A DNA stretch of 64,000 nt from Octopus vulgaris (Eukaryota): NCBI GenBank assembly GCA_951406725.2, contig OX597828.1:18476001-18540000 (forward strand), given 5' to 3'. The notes beneath the pieces are model-generated. The model was not told the origin of the DNA, made no database searches, and saw only the letters and a list, made by a program, of their open reading frames with translations. Both the position numbers and the translations under genes were made by a program. The number at the start of each line of letters is the position of its first letter. Positions within the stretch are counted from its first letter, which is position 1. Below are positions 1 to 11,850 of this stretch, piece by piece.

Positions 1-93
1 CATTTTCTTACATCTGTTTCAGAACACTGTGTGGGGGTGCAACATCTTATTGCTTCGTCAGAGCCATTTGTGCATAAAGATATATATATATAT

Positions 94-359
94 ATATTAA
101 TAGTTATCGCCATACTAATATGGCAGTCTATAAATATAAGACTAAAGCTGTCGCTGATTAGCTCCAAGAGGCCATCGCCTCTAGCTAGCTATATGACACA
201 CGGTGAAGCGGCAGACCTCCCCTGTTCGAAGGTTGTAATGGACGCAGGTTCGTGTGTCATATAGCTAGCTAGAGGCGATGGCCTCTTGGAGCTAATCAGC
301 GACAGCTTTAATCTTATATTTATAGACTGCCATATTAGTATGGCGATAACTATTAATAT
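94..359. repeat. Fold-back inverted repeat (109-bp arms, 48-bp spacer), probable Penelope-like element remnant
   Basis: 94-202 is the reverse complement of 251-359 with one mismatch; flanked by (TA)n tracts. Confidence 0.9.
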
Positions 360-413
360 CCAGTAACGCTGCCGTAATCTCCTTTAGAGAGACTTAGTAA
401 TTTTAATATTTCT

Positions 414-689
<276 letters not shown>

Positions 690-833
690 TGAAAGGTTTA
701 GTTTAGTTCACTAAGGTTTTTTACCAATAGGTACGCTGCGTAAGTGCTATAGAAGAAGTCATCCGTTAGGTTCGAAGCTCACAGTTGATGTTGACGCTAA
801 GGATCCGTATATATATAATTATATATATATATA

Positions 834-1134
834 TACTCTTACTCTTTACTTTTTTACTTGTTTCAGTCATTTGACTGCGGCCATGCTGGAGCACCGACTT
901 TAGTCGAGCAAATCGACCCCGGGACTTATTCTTTGTAAGCCCAGTACTTATTCTATCAGTCCCTTTTGCCGAACCGCTAAATGTCGGGGACGTAAACACA
1001 CTAGCATCGGTTGTCAAGTAATGCTAGGGGAACAAACACAGACACACAAACATATACACACACATATATATATATATATGCATATATACGACAGGCTTCT
1101 TTCAGTTTCCGTCAACCAAATCCACTCACAAGGC
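834..1134 (-). mobile_element. SINE family C (CORE-like, octopus OR-type), 3' portion
   Basis: Reverse complement of the family body and tail CCAGCATGGCCGCAGTCAAATGACTGAAACAAGTAAAAGAG, present in more than 10 copies in this window. Confidence 0.85.
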
Positions 1135-1171
1135 ATTATATATATATGTATATATATATACACACACATAT

Positions 1172-1301
1172 AGGGACAGTTTACGAAGAAAAGAAAGGAC
1201 GAAGACAGGTGGTTTAGATAATAAACAGATGTATTAGTATAACGCACAGGAATAGAAAATGTATTTTGCGCTTCGAGCCTACGCTCTTCTACAGAAAGGG
1301 A
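1172..1301 (-). mobile_element. Short HHR-bearing element (family D) with a degenerate hammerhead at 1264-1297
   Basis: Homologous to 40819-41000; minus strand TTT-CTGTAGA-A-GAGC-GTAG-GCTC-GAAGC-GCA-AAA, with the core mutated. Confidence 0.6.
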
Positions 1302-1467
<166 letters not shown>

Positions 1468-2005
1468 GCCAGTTGTTGAAGGTAAAGATGTCACCATCCT
1501 CTGGGATTTCCCAGTCAACACTGACAGAACGATCAAGGCTAATCGACCAGACATAATTGTTAAGACAGGGAAGAAAATACCTGCAGACTAATAGAAGTAA
1601 GCGTCCCCACTGATAAAAATGTATCTGTCAAGGAATTTGACAAACTTAGTAAATATAAGGACCTGGAAATCGAAATACAGAGGATGTGGAATCTTAAAGC
1701 AAAAACTGTTCCTGTTATTGTAGGTGCCCTAGGTATGATAAAAAAGGGATGTCAGAAACACCTAGACAATATCCCTGGAAAACCATGTCTCAAGGAAATT
1801 CAAAAGATTGTGCTAACAAGTACTGCCCACATCCTTAGAAAAACCCTATCAATGTAAATGTCTGTGTTTGCATTACATGGAGATATATCTCTACTTCCCC
1901 TCCCCAAGCTTTCAGCTGTATTTCAACAACTCTTAACCTTCACTTGCCCTAGGGCGCTGGGTGTGCCCCGGCAGGTGATTGCATCAAACATGCAGATTAA
2001 AAGTA
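1468..2005 (+). mobile_element. 5'-truncated R4/Dong-clade LINE fragment (RLE endonuclease C-terminus and 3' UTR)
   Basis: ILWDFPVNTDRTIKANRPDIIVK, frameshift near 1563, then LIEVSVP..KLSKYKDLEIEIQRMW..PVIVGALG..ILRKTLSM, stop 1855-1857; (AAT)n on both sides; clearly homologous to the 31503-31931 peptide. Confidence 0.9.
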
Positions 2006-2010
2006 AATGA

Positions 2011-2015
2011 CAATG

Positions 2016-2113
<98 letters not shown>

Positions 2114-2139
2114 AAGAAGAAGAAGAAGAAGAAGAAGAA
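2011..2139 (+). repeat. (AAT)n-(AAG)n compound microsatellite
   Basis: Read directly. Confidence 0.95.
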
Positions 2140-2259
2140 CCACATCAAAAATAATGATATATTCTCTCCCGTCTCTTCTTCAATTTTCGACGAAAGTAAT
2201 TTCGAAGTCTAAGATTTAAATGAAATGTATTTAAATGTAGTGCGTGTGTGTGTGTGTGT

Positions 2260-2301
<42 letters not shown>

Positions 2302-2303
2302 AT

Positions 2304-2426
2304 TTTATTTTATAGAAGGAGCTTCTATAGGACTAGAACTGTTTCATTCAAATGAAATCATCAGGAATGAAATCATCATTGAATGAAACAGTTCTAGTCC
2401 TGTAGAAGCTCCTTCTGTAAAATAAA
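2304..2426. repeat. Fold-back inverted repeat (48-bp arms) containing a partial hammerhead core
   Basis: 2304-2351 pairs with 2379-2426 (2 mismatches); minus strand CTGATGA-T-TTCA-TT-TGAA-T-GAAAC at about 2341-2364; (TA)n flanks. Confidence 0.8.
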
Positions 2427-2492
2427 TTAATTTACTCTGCCATGTATTGAGTACCTTATTTACTGTAGTTAACCCCGACTCAACCCGGGACC

Positions 2493-2541
<49 letters not shown>

Positions 2542-2841
2542 GAAATATAATATATGATGTAATCAATATTCTTGCTATAGAATGAAGCTCAGCATGAAGG
2601 AAATAAAATATGTATTTTGTTCATTATAATAAAGTATTAATATACAAATGTATCAGGTATATTAAACAGTAATTGTTTTTAATCTGACATTTTTCCATCT
2701 TTTTTTTTCTTTCGAAACAAAGACGGTGTCGTATTCAATATTTGTTTCGCATAGTTTTGTATATCAAAGCCATGAGATCGGAAATATTTCTCAAGAAATT
2801 TTACCTTCATCTCTCCGTTTCCTGCCATTTTCAGCACTTCT

Positions 2842-3586
2842 AAGGCGGCGAGCTGGCAGAATCGTTAGCACGCCGGGCGAAATGCTTAGCGGTATTTCGT
2901 CTGCCGTTACGTTCTGAGTTCAAATTCCGCCGAGGTCGACTTTGCCTTTCATCATTTCGGGGTCGATAAATTAAGTACCAGTTACGCACTGGGGTCGATA
3001 TAATCGACTTAATACCTATGTCTGTCCATGTTTGTCTCCTCTATGTTTAGCCCCTTGTGGGTAGTAAAGAAATAGGTATTTCGTCTGCCGTTACGTTCTG
3101 AGTTCAAATTCCGCCGAGGTCGACTTTGCCTTTCATCTTTTCGGGGTCGATTAAATAAGTACCAGTTACGCACTGGAGTCAGTGTAATCGACTTAATCCG
3201 TGTGTCTGTCCTCTCTGTGTTTAGCCCCTTGTGGGTAGTAAAGAAATATGTATTTCGTCTGCCGCTATGTTCTGAGTTCAAATTCCGCTGAGGTCGACTT
3301 TGCTTTTCATCCTTTCGGGGTCGATTAAATAAGTACCAGTTACGCACTGGCGTCTATGTAATCGACTTAATCTGTGTGTCTGTCCTTGTTTGTCCCCTCT
3401 GTGGGTAGTAAAGAAATAGGTATTTCGTCTGCCGCTACGTTCTGTGTTCAAATTCCGCCAAGGTCGACTTTGCCTTTCATCCTTTCGTTATCGATAAATT
3501 AAGTACCAGTTGTGTACTGGGGTGGATCTAATCGACTAGCTCCTTCCCCCAAATTTTCGGGCCTGGTACCTAGAGTAGAAACGTAT
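2842..3586 (+). mobile_element. SINE family M (tRNA head plus Meta/Sauria-like central domain), one head and four tandem bodies
   Basis: Head AAGGCGGCGAGCTGGCAGAATCGTTAGC; B box GAGTTCAAATTCC; body GTCGACTTTGCCTTTCATCCTTTCGGGGTCGA restarts near 2891, 3075, 3250 and 3419. Confidence 0.88.
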
Positions 3587-3715
3587 TCAATTCTTCTGTC
3601 ACATTTTTTGTCTTGGCTTGTACAGGATATTTTAAATTTATTTTTTCATTTATTTTGAAATTGTATTTGTGTTTGTTTGTTTTTGTATTTGCATTTTGCC
3701 GTTTCTTTCCTCTTT

Positions 3716-3950
3716 TATATTCTGCTTATTTCAGTCACTGGACTGCGACCACGCTGGGGGCAACGCCTGGAAGGATTCTAGTCGAACAATTCTGTTTTTC
3801 CTTTCTTTTTCTTTTCTTCTTTATTTAATCTGATATTGATTCTATCAGATTGTCCTTGCTGAACGGCTATGCTACGAGGAAGTAAACAAACTCACGCTGA
3901 TTATCAAGTGATCTATATGAGAGTGACAAAAAACAAAAATATGCACACAC
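3716..3950 (-). mobile_element. Degenerate SINE family C, 3' portion
   Basis: TTTCAGTCACTGGACTGCGACCACGCTGGGG resembles the reverse complement of the family tail. Confidence 0.6.
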
Positions 3951-4160
3951 ACGATTTTATTATCATTTTCATCTCGAACAGTGGTTCATAACTAGGGTTC
4001 TCATGACTCTTGTGACCCCTGTAAGAGTTCGTTGTCTAAATTTATATGCAATAAATTGGTTACGCTCCCACAATACACAAAACATTTGAAGAATTTTTTG
4101 CTACAATCCTGATAATATTCAATTAAAAGAATACAAAATACGAATTTTTAAAAACACCGT

Positions 4161-4578
4161 TCTCTCTCTCTCTCTCTCTCTCTTTCTTCCTATATTTCCC
4201 CCTCTCTCTTTCTTTCTCTCTCTTTCTTTCCCTCTCTTTATTTCGCTCTCCCTGTATTTCCCTCTCTTTCTTTCTCTGTCTCTTTCTTTCTCTGTCTCTT
4301 TCTTTTTCTACCTCTCTATTTCTCTCTCTCTTTCCCTTTCTCTCTCTCTCTGTCTTTACTTCTCTATCTCTTTCCCTCTCTTTCTTTCTTTCTTTCTCTC
4401 TTTCTTGCTCTCTCTCCCTTTCCTTCTCTTTCTCTCTCTCTCTCTCTTTCCCTCTTTTTCTCCCTCTCTCTTGCCTTCTCTTTCTCTTTCTCTCTCTCTT
4501 TCTATCCCTCTTTCTTTCTCTCTCTCTCTGTCTCTCATTCCCTCTCTTCTCTCCTCTCTCCTCTCCCTCTCTCTCTCT
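4161..4578. repeat. CT-rich polypyrimidine tract
   Basis: Read directly. Confidence 0.95.
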
Positions 4579-4729
4579 GAAAGGAATCAACTGTGTTTAG
4601 GGTAGGTCGGAACTCTCCGGGTTTAAGATACTCAAGACAAGCTGAACGCCACAGCGGCACCCTTAACATTCCATCGGGTGTTTCACTGCACAACGAATTT
4701 CAATGAACACAGTTTGTCGTTATTGATCT

Positions 4730-5345
4730 TGTAGTGGTTTAGTCCAGCTAATCTGTGATCGACCTATCTTTAAAAAGTCTCCATCCGTGACCATCCTCTT
4801 TTTTTTTCTGCATGGTGGAAAAACTATATCATATTATCCAATGAGTTTGATCTAAGGGAGATTTAGCTGCTATTACTTTTAGATTAAACGACCGCATAGA
4901 GAGTCGCAATCCGTGAAGTAGCTAGTGGGGTCATTTTTGTTATTATTTTTGTTTTATTATAGCCCCAGGTCAGTCATGATCAATACACTTAATGTGGAAA
5001 CCATTCTCATTTTTATTCAAGCAACATTATCCAATATCACCCTTTCTAAGACGATAGGGTGAGATTTGAGGGAAATTTACTACTAGGTTAAGTAACCACA
5101 TAGATACTCTTAAATGACCCCTAACAGTGTAGGTTGTTCATATTTGCTCTGTTGTTGTTGTTGCTGTTACTGCCGCTGCTCCGGATTAACACTGATCAAT
5201 GTATTTCCGACCGTGACCTTACAAGTAAATTAAAATTTTGTTCAGACTACATTATCCAAAATCACTCACAGCTTAGACAGTAGACTGCGAACTGAGGGAG
5301 ATTCGGTTGCTATTTCTCGCCTATCAAAGGACCATCTAAGGGTTT
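4730..5345 (+). mobile_element. Three degenerate tandem copies of an old interspersed repeat
   Basis: Recurring ATTATCCAA..GATTTGAGGGAGATTT.GCTGCTATT..GACCAC motif; related copies near 15090-15370, 46290-46950 (-) and 61470-61670 (-). Confidence 0.55.
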
Positions 5346-5373
5346 AATTTTGGCTCATCTATCTATCAAGTTC

Positions 5374-5458
<85 letters not shown>

Positions 5459-6249
5459 TACTCACTCTATATATATATATATACGCATTATACAGTTATA
5501 GCAGCGATGACTAAATCAGCGGAACTAAATGGTGATCCCATATCTATTATCGCGGCTGCATTCAGAACGAGGCTTCACTTTTGCTTTTTAATTTTTTTTT
5601 TATTTCCCCGGAGAGTTTTATACAATATGTCTGTTCTATTGACTAATACATTTCATCCCTACCAAACTTCGGCCCCTTGCGTCAGAAAAAAAAAATAGGG
5701 AAAATTCAGTAATTATTCTCTATAGATTACAAAAATGTCCGAGATGGTAGAGATATGAACTAAAAAGCTAAAAAGCTTTCATATTTTTTAATGGCGTTCT
5801 TTTCGTCTCGAAACCGAGATCAAGACCGTGATTGATTTTTTTTTTTCCTCTCGTAAAATGTCGGGTGTCGATAGGATGAATAGCGTTAGCCTAGTAATAT
5901 AATGGTGACGGTTACTCGATGATTTCCTGTTTCTCGCTCACCCTCAACCCATTACCTTGTGTTAGACCGTGGAATCATTCTTCCTTGTGTATTAATGGAA
6001 CTGCAGAAGCATTAAATGTAATATTTGCCGAAGAGAGATGGGGACATTGGAATTATTGTTTTCATACATATGCATCTCAAATGCAGACATTTCGTAATGT
6101 GGCTGTAATGAACAACGCCTTGGTGCATTCTGTATCTGAAATAGGTGCCAGAATCTTCTAGGAAAAGCTGAATAGCAAGCGATCAGGGTATCAAAACCTA
6201 ACTACTCAAAAGATTTTGAAGCCCCATATATATATGTAATTTAAATAAG

Positions 6250-6417
6250 TACTCGAGGATTTGCGGTACTTATTTTATCGGCCCCGAAATGATAAAAAGT
6301 AAAGTCAACTTCGGCGGAATTTGAACTCAGAACGTAGACGAGTGAAATGCCGCTAAGCATTTTTGCTCGATGCGGCAACGATTCAGCCATCCCTCCACCT
6401 CACAAACTTTCTCTACA
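6250..6417 (-). repeat. Local duplicate of 11835-12000 (MITE TIR tip, SINE M half and unique flank)
   Basis: Near-identical, including the flank CCATCCCTCCACCTCACAAACTTTCTCTACA. Confidence 0.85.
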
Positions 6418-6817
6418 ACATATGTAATTTAAATATAAAAATAATAAACCATAAAACAATTTCTATTTTTCAAAATGAAACAAAACTAGCAGTAAAATGG
6501 AATATAATGTTTATTTTTGTATATCTTCACTTTATTTATATTTGAAAAGTTTTCTCCTGCTTTTTCCAATTGCAAAGTCTCTGATGAGGTCCCCTCTATG
6601 GCACCATTGCCACTTCAAAATTATATCTACGATCATATAAACCACTTCGCATATTATTTTAGCAAGTTTAGAGTGATTTCTTTTGTACCGTAAAACATTT
6701 ACCATTTCTGTGATGCCCCACCTTCTTTTGATGCCCTGAGCATTTATTTATTTTGCCTAATCGTTAATCCAGCACTGGATTCGGATTTCATTGACGTCTA
6801 TACGTGGGGATCTAAAT

Positions 6818-7030
6818 ATCCTTTCTATTGTAGACACAAACCTCGAAATTTTGGGGGAGGGAGCTAGTTGGTAACATCGACCTAAATGCTCAGCTGGTAC
6901 TTATCTCATTGATACCGAAAGGCTGGAAGGCAAAGTCGACTTCATCGGAATTTGAACTCAAAACGAAAAGATGGGCGATATACTGTTAAGCATTTTGTCT
7001 GACATGCAAACGATTCTACCAGCACGCCGC
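6818..7030 (-). mobile_element. SINE family M
   Basis: GAAGGCAAAGTCGAC..GGAATTTGAACTCA..TAAGCATTTTG. Confidence 0.8.
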
Positions 7031-7156
7031 AAAAAATGTCCAATAATCCGCTTGTGTATCGAACACGATTCTCCGTTTCTAATTCCCCACAATGGTGATT
7101 GGGAGAAAGAGAAATTAAGACCAAACCAGAGCCAAACCAAAATAATAATCATAATA

Positions 7157-7370
7157 CTCCTTTCTATTATAGGCACAAGGCCAGAAATTTGGAGGAGGGG
7201 GATAGTCCATTACATCGACACCAGTGCATAACTGGTACTTATTTTATCGACCCCGAAAAGATGAAAGGTAAAGTCGAACTCCGCGGAATTTGAACTCAGA
7301 ACGTAACGACGGACGAAATATGGCTAAGCATTTTGCCCTGAGCGGTAACGATTCTACCAGCTCGCCGCTT
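7157..7370 (-). mobile_element. SINE family M
   Basis: Full reverse-complement match ending CCAGCTCGCCGC. Confidence 0.85.
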
Positions 7371-7386
7371 GAATAATAATAACAGC

Positions 7387-7468
<82 letters not shown>

Positions 7469-7639
7469 GTAATAATAATGATAATAATAACAACGAAAAT
7501 AATAATAATAATAATAATAATAACCTTGTAAGCTTACTTTTTCTGAATTCATGTAAATTAATTTTCTCTCTGGATCGTCATAGAATATCAATAAGGGAAC
7601 CATTTTGACATGAATTGATTCCGTTTTATCATTCGAATT

Positions 7640-8232
7640 CTTAGTTTTCTTCTTCCTTTTCTTCTGTATCGTTTCTTCCTCTTCGTCTTCGTTTTCGTTT
7701 TCTGCTGTTTCTTTTTCTTTTTCATCATCTTCGTCTTTTTCTCATCTCCTCTTTCTTCTTCATTTTTCTCATTTTCTTCCAAGTTTTTTTGTTGTTGTTC
7801 CTTCCTCTTCTACGCTTTCTCCTCTTCCTCCGTCATCATCATATCCTAGGCTTTCTTCCTCTTCTTCTTCTTCTTCTTCTTTTCTTCTTCCTTTTCTTCT
7901 TCTTCGTCGTCTTCTCCATTTCCTTCTCCTTTTTCACCTTCTTCCTTTTCTTCTTTTTCTTCTTCTTCATCTTCTCATCCTCCTCCTCCTTCTCCTTCCT
8001 CTTCTCCATTTCCTTCTCTTCCTTCTCCTTCTTCATCATCATCATCACCATATCCTACACTTTCTTCTTCATCGTCTTCTTCTTCATCGTCTTTTTCACC
8101 TTCTCCATTTCCCTCTCCTTCTTCACCTTCTTTCTTTTCTCCTACTCCTCCTCTTTCTTCTCCTCCTCCTTCATCTTCCCACTTCTCATCCTCCTTCTCC
8201 TCCTCCTTCTTCTCTCCTTTCCTCCTCCTTCT
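7640..8232. repeat. (TTC/CTC)n low-complexity tract
   Basis: Read directly. Confidence 0.9.
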
Positions 8233-9589
8233 AATTCTATTTCTACTTTATCATCGACGTCTTCCAACATTATGATGTATTTTTCCGTGGTCGATGTTAG
8301 CAACGATATAGATTAGATATAGATTACTTCTATTTCAGCAGGAAAACTGAAAACTCTTATTTTCTAAACACTTTCTTTACTTTCCTTTTTGTATTTCTTC
8401 TTAAAACTATGAATATTCTATAACGAATTTTTGTTAGTTCTTTTGTTTGTTTGCTTTTTTTCTCTGGCTACATAACCCCATTTATTTATACTTTTATAAT
8501 AAATATCTGAACATTTTTCTCTAGACGTTTCCTATACAAAATGTAGAACAACTTTGTTTCAATCTCTTTACATCTGTCATCTTGCTTTTCACATGATAGA
8601 TCTCTGTTCCATGTGCTTATTGAACAAGAAAGATCATGTTCATATAAAAATCCTTCATGTAATCATATTTACGAATCTTCTTCTGTTGCTCAAACGCATC
8701 TCGTAAGCAGAAATGTATTTCACAATCACTGCTCTGTTAAACATGATTTAATAAAAATTAATTATATTTTAGATTACATTGGCCTTTTTTTTTTCAGTAG
8801 CTATGTTTTTACTTAAGATATCAAACTTAAAATAGATAATCTTTGTGCAATAAGTATTTTGCTAACAGATTATATAATAAAAATTAAATTATATTTCAAT
8901 CTACGTAGGCCTTTTTTTAGCAACAATTTTATGAAACTTAAAATTGATAATCCAGATTGAATAAGTATTTAGCTACCAGCTGAACGATTGCACAGAAATA
9001 GGACGCCTTCCACCACGCTACTAATTATGGTTTCTTATTTAATTACATCCAGCTTTTTATTGTTATTTTGTTGCTTTTATTTATTCTCAGGTCATTCCTG
9101 ACAGAGTAGACCCATGGTCGAATACATTCAAAAACATTCCATATATGGTCATATCACCTGTATTTTGGTTGTGGATATTTAATATTAGATTATCTCATAA
9201 GTGGAGGTGAATGGCTTAGTGCGTAGAGTATTCTTTATCGTCTCAGAAGGTTGCTCCTTAATCAGCATTCTACTTCCAGAATTATTCTTAACAATCTTGA
9301 AGAAACTATGCATCGACGACGAGAATCATGGCGATTCGTCAAGGTAGAGGAACCCTGAAATGATCCTAAAATAATTTATTCGGAATTAACTGGAGTCGGT
9401 TACCGATAGTTACTCGTGACTTGGTCATAAACATAATGTAGTACGCATGAGTGCATACGAACTTTTGATCCCTCCATTACTGTTTGATAGTCAAAAATCC
9501 CCACTGACTCTGCTGTTGTTGATGTTGTCTTCTTCTTCTTCTTCCAATCAGGACTCACGCCATTAGCCACAAAGAATAATCTCTAATTC

Positions 9590-10004
9590 GAGCCTACTCT
9601 AAGCTACTAAAAATTCGTGTGGTAACTTGAAGGTCCACCCACCACACGCGATAGACTGGCGGTTGCACGGGCGTGAAAGCTACGTTGTTATCCTCATTCC
9701 GTAAACGGTGGCTTTTAACGGATGGAGTACAGAGGATTCACAATCTAGACTAGGGTCTGAAAATTTACCACACTATAGTGGGTTACACCATGGTTCCTCT
9801 GCTTTGTGGCAGAAGTAGGAAGAAAGAGTAAGAGAAAGTCGTGGTGAAAGAGTACAACGGGGTTCACCACCACCCCGCCGGAGCCTCGTGGAGCATAGGT
9901 GTTTTTTGCTCAATAAACACTCACAATGCGCGGTCTGGGAATCGAAACCGCGTTCTTCCGACCGCGAGTCCGCTGCCCTAACCATTCGGCCATTGCGCCT
10001 CCAC
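9590..10004 (-). mobile_element. SINE family R (tRNA-Arg-like head)
   Basis: Minus head GTGGAGGCGCAATGGCCGAATGGTTAGGGCAGCGGACTCGCGGTC..GGTTTCGATTCCCAGACC matches the 47128 copy; 3' boundary approximate. Confidence 0.75.
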
Positions 10005-10463
10005 TTCGGCTGTTGTTTGTTAAACAGTTGTTGAATTAGTAATTGAGAATCTGCGCGTTCGTTCGCTTTTCATGAATGAGCTTCGAAAGCTCTCTATCAG
10101 GTCAGTGTCTACCGTCTTGAAAGCGAAAGTAAGCAGTTCCCGACATGTTGCTCACGATAAATGAAAGCTAGGATGGTCAGCGGCACAGCACATGTTAACG
10201 TTTAAGTAAAACTGTTCTGCATTTAGGTATCGGTGAGAAACATTTCATCGATCAGGGCTCAACAACAAGGACGTCGTTGACAACAGCAACAGCAACAAAC
10301 AACAAAAGCCAGAAGAAAAAACGTAATGCTGCTCTTATTACATAAGAGTCAAACGAAGAGTTGGAGTTTGGCATAATTGATAGAGCAACGGAGACTTTTC
10401 TCTATAATACTGCTTTCAAATTTGCGGGAGGGCGGGAGCGAGGGAGTGGATTACATCACACCA

Positions 10464-11072
<609 letters not shown>

Positions 11073-11230
11073 ACATCACTCCAGTATTCGACTGAGGTTT
11101 ATTTTATCGAACCCGAAAGCATGAAAGGCAAAGTTGACCTTGGCGTCATTTGAACTTAGAACCTAAAGACGGACGAAATATCGCTCAGCATTTTGCCCGA
11201 CACGGCAACGATTCAGCAACCTCGCCACCT
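11073..11230 (-). mobile_element. SINE family M, split by the family B insertion (other part about 10410-10463)
   Basis: ATGAAAGGCAAAGTTGACCTTGGCG..TTTGAAC. Confidence 0.7.
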
Positions 11231-11338
11231 CAAAACATTCTCTACAATATTGGTTTCAAATTTTGACACTAGGCCAACAAATTTGGAAGAATGAGGGGTG
11301 GGTAAGTCGATTACATCGACTCCAGTACTCAACTGGTA

Positions 11339-11850
11339 AAGTAAATTCTCGAGTATAGTCCGCCCTTGAGTATAATACGCAGGGGATTTTTAGGGGGCTG
11401 TACCTCTGAAAAATCTAAACCTTGTGTATAATACGTACTCCTTCTCTAACTTGAGTCAAGGAGGTCTATATAACGTCCTTGGTTTGTAAAACAGTATACG
11501 ATAACGTCCTTTATTATTATTGTATATATAACATAATGCAAACGTGTGGCTTTTTTGTGCATTTTGTTTGCAGAAAATAAAGAAATAACAGTAATAACGT
11601 TTAATAAATGTTGCTTACTGCAAGTTATGGATGATTCTTTTATGACTTCATTGCTTTCAGGCTTAGTTTAAGGTATTTTCGTGCCCGACATCACAAAATG
11701 CGTCTGAATAAACATTGCTGGACAGCAAATTGAGACTCGGACATTGCTTAGAAAATAATTTTCATTTTTAACTTCGTATATAGTACGCACTAGGGATTTT
11801 GACCTTTAAATTTTTGGGGAAAAATGCGGATTATACTCGAGGGTTTACGG
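11339..11850. mobile_element. Tc1/mariner-superfamily (pogo/Tc2-like) MITE inserted at a TA inside a SINE M copy
   Basis: TIRs AAGTAAATTCTCGAGTATAGTCCGC and GCGGATTATACTCGAGGGTTTACGG; TA duplicated at 11337-11338 and 11851-11852 within the SINE motif CTGGTACTTATTTT. Confidence 0.8.

Noticed and set aside
755-790. TAGAAGA-AGTC..GGTT-CGAAG-CTC hammerhead-like string
   Set aside because: Both core halves are mutated and stem II is weak; cannot be told from chance.
2842-3586. Regularly spaced repeats resembling a CRISPR array
   Set aside because: The units are whole SINE bodies of about 180 bp with no unique spacers, in a eukaryotic context.
6581-6610. CTGATGA followed by GGT..ACC
   Set aside because: No GAAA or NUH at the required position.
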